Shown in pieces: positions 50,820-64,000 of a stretch of 64,000 nucleotides of DNA. The notes below the pieces were generated by a model. It worked only from the letters and a program-made list of their open reading frames with translations, made no database searches and was not told the DNA's origin. Source of the DNA: Nemertoderma westbladi (lineage: Eukaryota; Animalia; Xenacoelomorpha); assembly GCA_032718475.1 (NCBI GenBank), contig JAUCBJ010008594.1, forward strand, positions 62,001 to 126,000, in the 5' to 3' direction. The position numbers were made by a program, and so were the translations under genes. How positions within the stretch are numbered: position 1 is the first letter of the stretch; every line of letters starts with the position of its first letter.

Positions 50820-50959
50820 TGATGTTCCCAAATGCCTGTCCTCCCATATTATCGAAGCTTAAGATATTTTCAATTTTACCGAAAAACTCAAAAGAATTCT
50901 TCAGTAACTTAATTAACGACATTCTTAGTAAAAGGGAAACTTCTAAAGATTATATCGGG
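50820..50959 (+). CDS. CYP exon 6
   Basis: MFPNACPPILSKL...EFFSNLINDILSKRE with CAG and GTGAG boundaries; phase-compatible. Confidence 0.8.
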
Positions 50960-51796
50960 GTGAGAAACCATTATCTATTGTACTTGTATGTGTGTATATT
51001 ATAGGCCTTCTTAAACTGTAGGTTGTGGGTGATGATGTAACGCTTGGGGTGGCTGAGAATTCACTGTTGCCACAAGCACTCTCTGAGCCAACTCCACGAA
51101 CATTTATGTTTTAGAAGCACCTGAAAAACAACCGTTTAATTAAGCACATTTTCAGACTGAATCTACAGTATCTGCTTTATAAGTAATATATTAATTATTG
51201 ATTTATTATTATGTAAAAAAATGTAGTTTGTCCCTTGTTGTACGGTGTAATTTAGTTTACACCTTCCGTTGATATTTCACATTGATAGCAGTATAAAAGC
51301 AATAATAGTAAGGTTTAATCAGTTAGAACTTCAATTGCTGTTTCTGGCTGTAAGAGGTATGGGTTCGATAGACGAAAGGGGGCACTGGGGAGTTTTTGCT
51401 TTTAAAGGGACTATCTAGAGGGCTACTCTCTTAAAAGGTAGCTAGCTAAATGAGTACCCGTTTCCTCCGGGGAGTATAGTTCTGGGGGGACCGCACTGTA
51501 AATAAGTCGTCGGACTTTGCGCGTTGTCCATGGCTCACCGAATAAACTTTAAGTAATTGTTATAATTAAGTTTCAAACTTGAATCCATCCATATCACGGT
51601 TGATTATTTTGTATAATAATACATGTACTGAAATGTGACACTTTGTAATATAATGTATTATACCGATAGTCCTAAATATAGGCCTAAATATATGACGTTC
51701 TATAATGGATTAGTTTACAGAAAGTGCGGATGAAGTGAACCAAATTTACAGAATGTTGGCATATAATGGAAAGTCTTATAATTATTATTTCTGTAG

Positions 51797-51923
51797 AGAG
51801 TTGATTTTATGCAAACAATGCTGAATTCCTATGATAAGATTCAACCAGGTCACTCGGCTCTCAATAAGGTAGGGATGTCTCTGGATGAGGTATTCGCCCA
51901 AGGTCTACTATTCTTTATTGCAG
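51797..51923 (+). CDS. CYP exon 7
   Basis: RVDFMQTML...MSLDEVFAQGLLFFIAG. Confidence 0.88.
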
Positions 51924-52004
51924 GTGGGTAGGTAGACCGAGGGGCATCGGGAATATCGAGCGGGAACTTTATTTCATTTATTTAGTTATTTAATAGCCAG
52001 AACA

Positions 52005-53292
52005 TTAACCCTATTTATCCCGGGTTATGGGGGGGGGGGGGGTGAGGGTGGGGGGGGGGGGGGGGGGATTTTGTAATTTATCTGTATTTTTAGTCAGATT
52101 TGATTGGAAAACCGAGATTTCGTGACTTTTCCTAAAGTTTAATGGGCTATCTAACAGCGCAAACGCCAATTATATGGCTATGTTTTTCGTGCTGTGGTCC
52201 CATTCTGGTCCTATCTCACATATATTTCGTGCTAAAATAAACGAAATAAACAAGTTAGTGCAAGTATGATAATGTAAAAATGTAAAATGTAAAAAAAAAA
52301 AAAAAAATGTAAAAAACGAAATCAAACTTATTTTTTTGCCTTATGGGTTTTCTGTGATGCTAATCACGAATATGACACTAAATATATCGTCATATAATTG
52401 ATTATGGCATTTTCCGGATATGTGTCAATGCGTCACGAAAAATACAAGTAGCAGAAATTTGAATAATCATAAATCATTACCGAACCAACCTAATTTTATG
52501 TCCTTGTGGGTTTTCTGTATACAGTAGCTGATATAACACTCAAATCATAATGTTATCTGAATCATAATGTTATTTTTGACTATGTCGCAATGTAGCACGA
52601 AAAATACAAGAAGCAGCAATTGTTAATAAATTTGATGCTATCAAAAGATCAAAGATCTTGAACAATTTCCATCGTGATCAGCGATCTCGAAAGGCCCTAT
52701 AGCTTCAGAATTATCAAACCAAATTTAATCTGTGTCGGTTTGATACGTTATGCTAAAACTTGTATTTTACGTCTTGCCACACCACATTCACCTAAAACGA
52801 TTGTTGCGATTCCATGAAAGATTTTTTACGAGTTGAATCGTATTCAGCGACCTTTAAAGCCAGTGTGGCCTCAGAATTACACAAACAAAGGCAAAATTTA
52901 ACAGTTTAAAATTTTTCTACATTTTCTTTTCACTCTAGGGAACCAAAATGGCCCTAAAAAATGATGTTTGCACTACCAGAAATATTATTAGGTAGTTTCA
53001 TCGAAATCAGCGACCTCGAAACTCGTATATATTCAGAATTAACCAACCAAACACAACATTTTTAGTTTGGTATTTTTTCTACTTGTACTTTTCGTCCTGA
53101 GGGACCAGAAAAACACCAAAAAGTATGGTTAGAATGCCAGAAAATATTTTAAAGAAGTTATCGTGATCAGATACCTCGATAACCCTTATACTTTCATTAT
53201 TGTAATTTTTCAGCCAAGGTCTAAAAAAAATATAAAATGACCCCCCCCCCCCCTTGTCCACTACGTAGTAAAAATGAAAATAGCCCTGTTAA
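52005..53292. repeat. Probable non-autonomous DNA element in CYP intron 7
   Basis: Starts TTAACCCT then poly-G, with poly-C near the other end. Internal degenerate repeats ATCAGCGACCTCGAAA; termini imperfect. Confidence 0.35.
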
Positions 53293-53526
53293 AATCAATG
53301 TTTTGTTATACAGTAGACAGCGCAATTAGTATTTACTGACATTCGGGTTGTTATGTTTGACTGCAGTTTAGGTTTGTTTGAAATGAAACGCAATGCATCT
53401 TTATTTACGTTTGTATATTTCCTTTAATACGAACCTACATATAAGCTGCAGTCAATTTTATTTAAATACATCAAAATGACTTGGAGGTTAATTTTTCAGA
53501 ACAATAATTTTTTTCCGTCTTTTAAG

Positions 53527-53639
53527 GTTATGAAACGACATCGAACACTTTAAGTTGGTGCTGCTACAATTTGGCTCTGAACCCTGATATTCAAGCTGCA
53601 GTCATAAATGAATTGGACGAACTAATTGACAATGATGTT
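53527..53639 (+). CDS. CYP exon 8 (I-helix)
   Basis: YETTSNTLSWCCYNLALNPDIQAAVINELD, donor GTAAGT. Confidence 0.9.
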
Positions 53640-54137
53640 GTAAGTAGTGGATATAACTGGATAGATTGTGGTTTATGTCGAACATCGCCTTTCACTAACT
53701 TTTATCTTGTTATTGATTTGTTTTAAAGTACTCGATTCTGTGTCATTGTTTATGTTTATATAACTATACAGTGTAATAAATAACAATAAGGCAATACATT
53801 TAATTGTGATGGGGCACTTGTGATTGGGAAATTGTGATTTAGCTAACAAAATTTATATTTTTAAATATATACATTAATAATTCATAATTGAAGAAAATAA
53901 AAGCAATAGGCCTACATTTAATCAATAGCAAATAAAAAAGTTTATGAAACTCGTTTAACACTATTATTCTGTCTTTAATGCTAAAATTATTAAATATAAG
54001 CGTTGTGTAACTTCTATACAGTAAGTAGCTTATAGTAGCATCTTCCATGTGTCCCAGTTGGAGGGACCGGCCATGGAGGGAGGCCCCATCAGTTGTATTA
54101 TATTTTATTTATTTACATAATTTGCTATATATTGTAG

Positions 54138-54361
54138 GAATTGACTTACGAAAAGGTGTCTAAACTAGAATATCTCGATCGCGTTATATCTGAGACTCTC
54201 CGATTGTGTTCGCCTATTGTGCGATTTGAGAGAGTTTGCTCCGAGGATTGCGTGGTTAACGGCGTGACGATACCCTAAGATACCGTTGTAGCGGGTTCCC
54301 TCTACGTATTACATAGAGATCCGGAAATCTGGCCTAATCCGGAGGAGTTTAATCCAGATAG
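54138..54361 (+). CDS. CYP exon 9 (K-helix, start of PERF motif), contains an in-frame stop
   Basis: ELTYEKVSKLEYLDRVISETLRL...GVTIP*DT...LHRDPEIWPNPEEFNPD-AG|GT. Confidence 0.88.
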
Positions 54362-54548
54362 GTGGGTTGTTGGACTGCATATTGTTGTTGATATATTTTA
54401 CTATATATTAAACGCAGAACACACCCGCTGACACTTATGACACCTTTGTGTGAGTTGATGTATCGTAGTGCAAGTATTACTGAATTAAAGCGGGCTGACA
54501 AAAAACCTTTTTATTTCGAAAAGTTAAGCTATACCCACCACCCACACC

Positions 54549-55092
54549 AGCATACCATCCTTTGAGCTTGTGCTCATCCGGTCAGAGACTTGCTGAGGAC
54601 TTTCAAAGTTTACTGTCAAAATTTTGGTCTTTCTGGAGTTAATAAAGAGACCAACACTAGAAGCAGCATGTTCTAATGAGCCGAGGAGCCGTTCGGCTCC
54701 CTCTAGTGATTCTGAGAGCAAGTCATCAGCAAAGTCTAGATCAGTTGGTACTTGGCAGGATTTCCTCGACTTCTGGAGCCAGTAGGTGGAGTTATCATCA
54801 TCCCATCATCATTATGATGATCTAAGGACATGCGTAGAACATAGTCAACCACAATAATGAACAAGAATGGTGCAAGTGTGTCTCCTTGGAGGACGCCCCA
54901 TAACACTTCAAATGGTTCTGTGTCACCGTCAACAGTAGACACAAATGTTGTCGAACCATCGTATACTGATCTGATTGATGCAATAATTTCATCAGGGATC
55001 CCATATAATGAAGATATGCTGAACATACGTGAGCGGGAGACTGAATCAAAGGCTTTGAAGAAGTCAACAAAGATAACAGCCAGATGCCTGTC
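54549..55092 (-). mobile_element. RTE LINE internal fragment (RT)
   Basis: GVLQGDTLAPFLFIIVVDYVLR, near-identical to 39715-40245. Confidence 0.88.
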
Positions 55093-55666
55093 CCCCCTCT
55101 GTCACAATCGATCACGAATTTTGTAACCCCCCCCCCCCCCCCCCCCCCCCCTTGAATGTCACGCCACAAAAAATACCCATTATAGTTAATAAAAAATGTT
55201 AAATGTTAAATTATTATGTTATTAACACTAAATGTTAATACTTCATTAATTCAGCTGTACACAATGACTAAACAAGGAAGACACCACGCATAGACACTCC
55301 CATGGGAATGACGACATCTGAGTTTCGACATCGATCACCGGAAGTGCACCAGGTATACGATCGCCTATTGTTCCATTTCCTGGGTCTAACTCTACCTCGT
55401 CCTTATCTACCCAACCCATTCAATGTGGTGTTCTTCATCTTTATCGCCACTTAGAATTAACACTTCATCCCCTCGATTCGCGATTACTTGAATAGATTTC
55501 ACTTTGGCTGTTGATGTTGGTGTTATGTATTTTATTTATTCACCAAAGTGCTTTTGTGACGTCACAAGTATAGCTACTCACCCCCTTCCCCCATGTCACA
55601 AATTGTCACAACATTGCAACCCCCCCCCCCCCCCTTCGACCGTGACATCATTTATACACGAGCCCT
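55093..55666. repeat. MITE-like repeat remnant
   Basis: Two GTCACAA...poly-C...GTGAC/GTCAC modules ending ATTTATACACGAGCCC|TTA; the left end is not evident. Confidence 0.3.
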
Positions 55667-55675
55667 TATTACTAC

Positions 55676-58600
55676 TGCTTTGTTTGGTTAATTTTTCGTT
55701 TATGCAGGTTTCTCGCTTTGTTTGGTTAATTTTTCGTTTATACAGGTTTCTCGCTTTGTTTGGTTAATTTTTCATTTATACAGGTTTCTCGCTTTATTTT
55801 GTTAATTTTTCGTTTATACAGGTTTCTCGCTTTGTTTGGTTAATTTTTCGTTTATACAGGTTTCTCGCTTTGCTTGGTTAATTTTTCGTTTATATAGGTT
55901 TCTCGCTTTGTTTGGTTAATTTTTCGTTTATACAGGTTTCTCGCTTTGTTTTGTTAATTTTTCATTTATACAGGTTTCTCGCTTTGTTTGGTTAATTTTT
56001 CGTTTATACAGGTTTCTCGCTTTGTTTGGTTAATTTTTCGTTTATACAGGTTTCTCGCTTTGTTTTGTTAATTTTTCATTTATACAGGTTTCTCGCTTTG
56101 TTTGGTTAATTTTTCGTTTATACAGGTTTCTCGCTTTGTTTTGTTAATTTTTCGTTTATACAGGTTTCTCGCTTTGTTTGGTAAATTTTTCGTTTATACA
56201 GGTTTCTCGCTTTGTTTTGTTAATTTTTCGTTTATACAGGTTTCTCGCTTTGTTTGGTTAATTTTTCGTTTATACAGGTTTCTCGCTTTGTTTGGTTAAT
56301 TTTTCATTTATACAGGTTTCTCGCTTTATTTTGTTAATTTTTCGTTTATACAGGTTTCTCGCTTTGTTTGGTTAATTTTTCGTTTATACAGGTTTCTCGC
56401 TTTGCTTGGTTAATTTTTCGTTTATATAGGTTTCTCGCTTTGTTTGGTTAATTTTTCGTTTATACAGGTTTCTCGCTTTGTTTTGTTAATTTTTCATTTA
56501 TACAGGTTTCTCGCTTTGTTTGGTTAATTTTTCGTTTATACAGGTTTCTCGCTTTGTTTGGTTAATTTTTCGTTTATACAGGTTTCTCGCTTTGTTTTGT
56601 TAATTTTTCATTTATACAGGTTTCTCGCTTTGTTTGGTTAATTTTTCGTTTATACAGGTTTCTCGCTTTATTTGGTTAATTTTTCGTTTATGCAGGATTC
56701 TCGCTTTGTTTGGTTAATTTTTCGTTTATACAGGTTTCTCGCTTTGTTTGGTTAATTTTTCGTTTATACAGGTTTCTCGCTTTGTTTGGTAAATTTTTCG
56801 TTTATACAGGTTTCTCGCTTTGTTTTGTTAATTTTTCGTTTATACAGGTTTCTCGCTTTGTTTGGTTAATTTTGCATTTATACAGGTTTCTCACTTTGTT
56901 TGATTAATTTTTCGTTTATACAGGTTTCTCGCTTTGTTTGGTTAATTTTTCATTTATACAGGTTTCTCGCTTTGTTTGGTTAATTTTTCGTTTATACAGG
57001 GTTCTGGCTTTGTTTGGTAAATTTTTCGTTTATGCAGGATTCTCGCTTTGTTTGGTTAATTTTTCGTTTATACAGGTTTCTCGCTTTGTTTGGTTAATTT
57101 TTCATTTATACAGGTTTCTCGCTTTATTTTGTTAATTTTTCGTTTATACAGGTTTCTCGCTTTGTTTGGTTAATTTTTCGTTTATACAGGTTTCTCGCTT
57201 TGCTTGGTTAATTTTTCGTTTATATAGGTTTCTCGCTTTGTTTGGTTAATTTTTCGTTTATACAGGTTTCTCGCTTTGTTTTGTTAATTTTTCATTTATA
57301 CAGGTTTCTCGCTTTGTTTGGTTAATTTTTCGTTTATACAGGTTTCTCGCTTTGTTTGGTTAATTTTTCGTTTATACAGGTTTCTCGCTTTGTTTTGTTA
57401 ATTTTTCATTTATACAGGTTTCTCGCTTTGTTTGGTTAATTTTTCGTTTATACAGGTTTCTCGCTTTGTTTTGTTAATTTTTCGTTTATACAGGTTTCTC
57501 GCTTTGTTTGGTAAATTTTTCGTTTATACAGGTTTCTCGCTTTGTTTTGTTAATTTTTCGTTTATACAGGTTTCTCGCTTTGTTTGGTTAATTTTTCGTT
57601 TATACAGGTTTCTCGCTTTGTTTGGTTAATTTTTCGTTTATACAGGTTTCTCGCTTTGTTTGGTTAATTTTTCGTTTATACAGGTTTCTCGCTTTGTTTT
57701 GTTAATTTTTCGTTTATACAGGTTTCTCGCTTTGTTTGGTAAATTTTTCGTTTATACAGGTTTCTCGCTTTGTTTTGTTAATTTTTCGTTTATACAGGTT
57801 TCTCGCTTTGTTTGGTTAATTTTGCATTTATACAGGTTTCTCACTTTGTTTGATTAATTTTTCGTTTATACAGGTTTCTCGCTTTGTTTGGTTAATTTTT
57901 CATTTATACAGGTTTCTCGCTTTGTTTGGTTAATTTTTCGTTTATGCAGGATTCTCGCTTTGTTTGGTTAATTTTTCATTTATACAGGTTTCTCGCTTTG
58001 TTTGGTTAATTTTTCGTTTATACAGGTTTCTCGCTTTGTTTGGTAAATTTTTCGTTTATACAGGTTTCTCGCTTTGTTTTGTTAATTTTTCGTTTATACA
58101 GGTTTCTCGCTTTGTTTGGTTAATTTTGCATTTATACAGGTTTCTCACTTTGTTTGATTAATTTTTCGTTTATACAGGTTTCTCGCTTTGTTTGGTTAAT
58201 TTTTCATTTATACAGGTTTCTCGCTTTGTTTGGTTAATTTTTCGTTTATACAGGGTTCTGGCTTTGTTTGGGAAATTTTTCGTTTATGCAGGATTCTCGC
58301 TTTGTTTGGTTAATTTTTCGTTTATACAGGTTTCTCGCTTTGTTTGGTTAATTTTTCATTTATACAGGTTTCTCGCTTTATTTTGTTAATTTTTCGTTTA
58401 TACAGGTTTCTCGCTTTGTTTGGTTAATTTTTCGTTTATACAGGTTTCTCGCTTTGCTTGGTTAATTTTTCGTTTATATAGGTTTCTCGCTTTGTTTGGT
58501 TAATTTTTCGTTTATACAGGTTTCTCGCTTTGTTTTGTTAATTTTTCATTTATACAGGTTTCTCGCTTTGTTTGGTTAATTTTTCGTTTATACAGGTTTC

Positions 58601-61600
58601 TCGCTTTGTTTGGTTAATTTTTCGTTTATACAGGTTTCTCGCTTTGTTTTGTTAATTTTTCATTTATACAGGTTTCTCGCTTTGTTTGGTTAATTTTTCG
58701 TTTATACAGGTTTCTCGCTTTGTTTTGTTAATTTTTCGTTTATACAGGTTTCTCGCTTTGTTTGGTAAATTTTTCGTTTATACAGGTTTCTCGCTTTGTT
58801 TTGTTAATTTTTCGTTTATACAGGTTTCTCGCTTTGTTTGGTTAATTTTTCGTTTATACAGGTTTCTCGCTTTGTTTGGTTAATTTTTCGTTTATACAGG
58901 TTTCTCGCTTTGTTTGGTTAATTTTTCGTTTATACAGGTTTCTCGCTTTGTTTTGTTAATTTTTCGTTTATACAGGTTTCTCGCTTTGTTTGGTAAATTT
59001 TTCGTTTATACAGGTTTCTCGCTTTGTTTTGTTAATTTTTCGTTTATACAGGTTTCTCGCTTTGTTTGGTTAATTTTGCATTTATACAGGTTTCTCACTT
59101 TGTTTGATTAATTTTTCGTTTATACAGGTTTCTCGCTTTGTTTGGTTAATTTTTCATTTATACAGGTTTCTCGCTTTGTTTGGTTAATTTTTCGTTTATG
59201 CAGGATTCTCGCTTTGTTTGGTTAATTTTTCATTTATACAGGTTTCTCGCTTTGTTTGGTTAATTTTTCGTTTATGCAGGTTTCTCGCTTTGTTTGGTTA
59301 ATTTTTCGTTTATACAGGTTTCTCGCTTTGTTTGGTTAATTTTTCGTTTATACAGGTTTCTCGCTTTGTTTGGTTAATTTTTCATTTATACAGGTTTCTC
59401 GCTTTATTTTGTTAATTTTTCGTTTATACAGGTTTCTCGCTTTGTTTGGTTAATTTTTCGTTTATACAGGTTTCTCGCTTTGCTTGGTTAATTTTTCGTT
59501 TATATAGGTTTCTCGCTTTGTTTGGTTAATTTTTCGTTTATACAGGTTTCTCGCTTTGTTTTGTTAATTTTTCATTTATACAGGTTTCTCGCTTTGTTTG
59601 GTTAATTTTTCGTTTATACAGGTTTCTCGCTTTGTTTGGTTAATTTTTCGTTTATACAGGTTTCTCGCTTTGTTTTGTTAATTTTTCATTTATACAGGTT
59701 TCTCGCTTTGTTTGGTTAATTTTTCGTTTATACAGGTTTCTCGCTTTATTTGGTTAATTTTTCGTTTATGCAGGATTCTCGCTTTGTTTGGTTAATTTTT
59801 CGTTTATACAGGTTTCTCGCTTTGTTTGGTTAATTTTTCGTTTATACAGGTTTCTCGCTTTGTTTGGTAAATTTTTCGTTTATACAGGTTTCTCGCTTTG
59901 TTTTGTTAATTTTTCGTTTATACAGGTTTCTCGCTTTGTTTGGTTAATTTTGCATTTATACAGGTTTCTCACTTTGTTTGATTAATTTTTCGTTTATACA
60001 GGTTTCTCGCTTTGTTTGGTTAATTTTTCATTTATACAGGTTTCTCGCTTTGTTTGGTTAATTTTTCGTTTATACAGGGTTCTGGCTTTGTTTGGTAAAT
60101 TTTTCGTTTATGCAGGATTCTCGCTTTGTTTGGTTAATTTTTCGTTTATACAGGTTTCTCGCTTTGTTTGGTTAATTTTTCATTTATACAGGTTTCTCGC
60201 TTTATTTTGTTAATTTTTCGTTTATACAGGTTTCTCGCTTTGTTTGGTTAATTTTTCGTTTATACAGGTTTCTCGCTTTGCTTGGTTAATTTTTCGTTTA
60301 TATAGGTTTCTCGCTTTGTTTGGTTAATTTTTCGTTTATACAGGTTTCTCGCTTTGTTTTGTTAATTTTTCATTTATACAGGTTTCTCGCTTTGTTTGGT
60401 TAATTTTTCGTTTATACAGGTTTCTCGCTTTGTTTGGTTAATTTTTCGTTTATACAGGTTTCTCGCTTTGTTTTGTTAATTTTTCATTTATACAGGTTTC
60501 TCGCTTTGTTTGGTTAATTTTTCGTTTATACAGGTTTCTCGCTTTGTTTTGTTAATTTTTCGTTTATACAGGTTTCTCGCTTTGTTTGGTAAATTTTTCG
60601 TTTATACAGGTTTCTCGCTTTGTTTTGTTAATTTTTCGTTTATACAGGTTTCTCGCTTTGTTTGGTTAATTTTTCGTTTATACAGGTTTCTCGCTTTGTT
60701 TGGTTAATTTTTCGTTTATACAGGTTTCTCGCTTTGTTTGGTTAATTTTTCGTTTATACAGGTTTCTCGCTTTGTTTTGTTAATTTTTCGTTTATACAGG
60801 TTTCTCGCTTTGTTTGGTAAATTTTTCGTTTATACAGGTTTCTCGCTTTGTTTTGTTAATTTTTCGTTTATACAGGTTTCTCGCTTTGTTTGGTTAATTT
60901 TGCATTTATACAGGTTTCTCACTTTGTTTGATTAATTTTTCGTTTATACAGGTTTCTCGCTTTGTTTGGTTAATTTTTCATTTATACAGGTTTCTCGCTT
61001 TGTTTGGTTAATTTTTCGTTTATGCAGGATTCTCGCTTTGTTTGGTTAATTTTTCATTTATACAGGTTTCTCGCTTTGTTTGGTTAATTTTTCGTTTATA
61101 CAGGTTTCTCGCTTTGTTTGGTAAATTTTTCGTTTATACAGGTTTCTCGCTTTGTTTTGTTAATTTTTCGTTTATACAGGTTTCTCGCTTTGTTTGGTTA
61201 ATTTTGCATTTATACAGGTTTCTCACTTTGTTTGATTAATTTTTCGTTTATACAGGTTTCTCGCTTTGTTTGGTTAATTTTTCATTTATACAGGTTTCTC
61301 GCTTTGTTTGGTTAATTTTTCGTTTATACAGGGTTCTGGCTTTGTTTGGGAAATTTTTCGTTTATGCAGGATTCTCGCTTTGTTTGGTTAATTTTTCGTT
61401 TATACAGGTTTCTCGCTTTGTTTGGTTAATTTTTCATTTATACAGGTTTCTCGCTTTATTTTGTTAATTTTTCGTTTATACAGGTTTCTCGCTTTGTTTG
61501 GTTAATTTTTCGTTTATACAGGTTTCTCGCTTTGCTTGGTTAATTTTTCGTTTATATAGGTTTCTCGCTTTGTTTGGTTAATTTTTCGTTTATACAGGTT

Positions 61601-64000
61601 TCTCGCTTTGTTTTGTTAATTTTTCATTTATACAGGTTTCTCGCTTTGTTTGGTTAATTTTTCGTTTATACAGGTTTCTCGCTTTGTTTGGTTAATTTTT
61701 CGTTTATACAGGTTTCTCGCTTTGTTTTGTTAATTTTTCATTTATACAGGTTTCTCGCTTTGTTTGGTTAATTTTTCGTTTATACAGGTTTCTCGCTTTG
61801 TTTTGTTAATTTTTCGTTTATACAGGTTTCTCGCTTTGTTTGGTAAATTTTTCGTTTATACAGGTTTCTCGCTTTGTTTTGTTAATTTTTCGTTTATACA
61901 GGTTTCTCGCTTTGTTTGGTTAATTTTTCGTTTATACAGGTTTCTCGCTTTGTTTGGTTAATTTTTCGTTTATACAGGTTTCTCGCTTTGTTTGGTTAAT
62001 TTTTCGTTTATACAGGTTTCTCGCTTTGTTTTGTTAATTTTTCGTTTATACAGGTTTCTCGCTTTGTTTGGTAAATTTTTCGTTTATACAGGTTTCTCGC
62101 TTTGTTTTGTTAATTTTTCGTTTATACAGGTTTCTCGCTTTGTTTGGTTAATTTTGCATTTATACAGGTTTCTCACTTTGTTTGATTAATTTTTCGTTTA
62201 TACAGGTTTCTCGCTTTGTTTGGTTAATTTTTCATTTATACAGGTTTCTCGCTTTGTTTGGTTAATTTTTCGTTTATGCAGGATTCTCGCTTTGTTTGGT
62301 TAATTTTTCATTTATACAGGTTTCTCGCTTTGTTTGGTTAATTTTTCGTTTATGCAGGATTCTCGCTTTGTTTGGTTAATTTTTCGTTTATACAGGTTTC
62401 TCGCTTTGTTTGGTTAATTTTTCGTTTATACAGGTTTCTCGCTTTGTTTGGTAAATTTTTCGTTTATACAGGTTTTTCGCTTTGTTTTGTTAATTTTTCG
62501 TTTATACAGGTTTCTCGCTTTGTTTGGTTAATTTTGCATTTATACAGGTTTCTCACTTTGTTTGATTAATTTTTCGTTTATACAGGTTTCTCGCTTTGTT
62601 TGGTTAATTTTTCATTTATACAGGTTTCTCGCTTTGTTTGGTTAATTTTTCGTTTATACAGGGTTCTGGCTTTGTTTGGTAAATTTTTCGTTTATGCAGG
62701 ATTCTCGCTTTGTTTGGTTAATTTTTCGTTTATACAGGTTTCTCGCTTTGTTTGGTTAATTTTTCGTTTATACAGGTTTCTCGCTTTGTTTGGTTAATTT
62801 TTCGTTTATGCAGGATTCTCGCTTTGTTTGGTTAATTTTTCATTTATACAGGTTTCTCGCTTTGTTTGGTTAATTTTTCGTTTATACAGGGTTCTGGCTT
62901 TGTTTGGTTAATTTTTCGTTTATGCAGGATTCTCGCTTTGTTTGGTTAATTTTTCGTTTATACAGGGTTCTCGCTTTGTTTGGTTAATTTTTCATTTATA
63001 CAGGTTTCTCGCTTTGTTTGGTTAATTTTACGTTTATACAGGGTTCTGGCTTTGTTTGGTTAATTTTTCGTTTATGCAGGATTCTGGCTTTGTTTGGTTA
63101 ATTTTTCGTTTATGCAGGATTCTCGCTTTGTTTGGTTAATTTTTCATTTATACAGGTTTCTCGCTTTGTTTGGTTAATTTTTCGTTTATACAGGTTTCTC
63201 GCTTTATTTCGTTAATTTTTCGTTTATACAGGTTTCTCGCTTTGTTTGGTTAATTTTGCATTTATACAGGTTTCTCACTTTGTTTGATTAATTTTTCGTT
63301 TATACAGGTTTCTCGCTTTGTTTGGTTAATTTTTCATTTATACAGGTTTCTCGCTTTGTTTGGTTAATTTTTCGTTTATACAGGGTTCTGGCTTTGTTTG
63401 GTAAATTTTTCGTTTATGCAGGATTCTCGCTTTGTTTGGTTAATTTTTCGTTTATACAGGTTTCTCGCTTTGTTTGGTTAATTTTTCATTTATACAGGTT
63501 TCTCGCTTTATTTTGTTAATTTTTCGTTTATACAGGTTTCTCGCTTTGTTTGGTTAATTTTTCGTTTATACAGGTTTCTCGCTTTGCTTGGTTAATTTTT
63601 CGTTTATATAGGTTTCTCGCTTTGTTTGGTTAATTTTTCGTTTATACAGGTTTCTCGCTTTGTTTTGTTAATTTTTCATTTATACAGGTTTCTCGCTTTG
63701 TTTGGTTAATTTTTCGTTTATACAGGTTTCTCGCTTTGTTTGGTTAATTTTTCGTTTATACAGGTTTCTCGCTTTGTTTTGTTAATTTTTCATTTATACA
63801 GGTTTCTCGCTTTGTTTGGTTAATTTTTCGTTTATACAGGTTTCTCGCTTTGTTTTGTTAATTTTTCGTTTATACAGGTTTCTCGCTTTGTTTGGTAAAT
63901 TTTTCGTTTATACAGGTTTCTCGCTTTGTTTTGTTAATTTTTCGTTTATACAGGTTTCTCGCTTTGTTTGGTTAATTTTTCGTTTATACAGGTTTCTCGC
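55676..64000. repeat. 38-bp satellite array (>8.3 kb, runs off the window) with higher-order structure
   Basis: Unit TTTGTTTGGTTAATTTTTCGTTTATACAGGTTTCTCGC. Variant blocks recur at 1254 bp (33 units) and 3078 bp (81 units). Confidence 0.98.

Larger units (their letters stand above)
43308..54361 (+). pseudogene. Cytochrome P450, clan 3 (CYP3A-like); exons 1-9 seen, premature stop in exon 9, heme-binding exon not in the window
   Basis: Phase-compatible GT-AG exons encode the membrane anchor, PGPRPLPLFGN, WHRLR, AGYETT, ETLR and PDR. In-frame TAA at 54276-54278. Confidence 0.85.

Noticed and set aside
55676-64000. CRISPR array, or the many 65-aa ORFs
   Set aside because: Units are contiguous with no unique spacers and no cas genes; the ORFs are translation artefacts of a 38-bp period.

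Overview
AT-rich animal (invertebrate-like) genomic DNA dominated by nested mobile elements. (1) 0.7-8.7 kb: a degenerate intronless ORF with motifs resembling Rep_trans/phage gpII rolling-circle initiators. It is split at three A|T sites by four non-autonomous Helitron-like elements, and removing them restores the frame. (2) A Merlin DNA transposon with an open transposase (10365-11796). (3) A 16.5-kb BEL/Pao LTR retrotransposon (19057-35584; 1207-bp LTRs, CAAAG TSD) inserted antiparallel into a sibling copy. The sibling carries a large accessory ORF after pol with a DEDDy-type 3'-5' exonuclease and a CCHC knuckle. (4) RTE LINEs, CRE-like RLE fragments, a tRNA-derived SINE and a Penelope-type hammerhead ribozyme insert. 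(5) A clan-3 cytochrome P450 gene (9 exons seen, 43308-54361, in-frame stop in exon 9). It is followed by a >8-kb 38-bp satellite whose unit looks like the amplified intron-9/exon-10 splice junction of that gene. All calls are by eye; no database searches were run.
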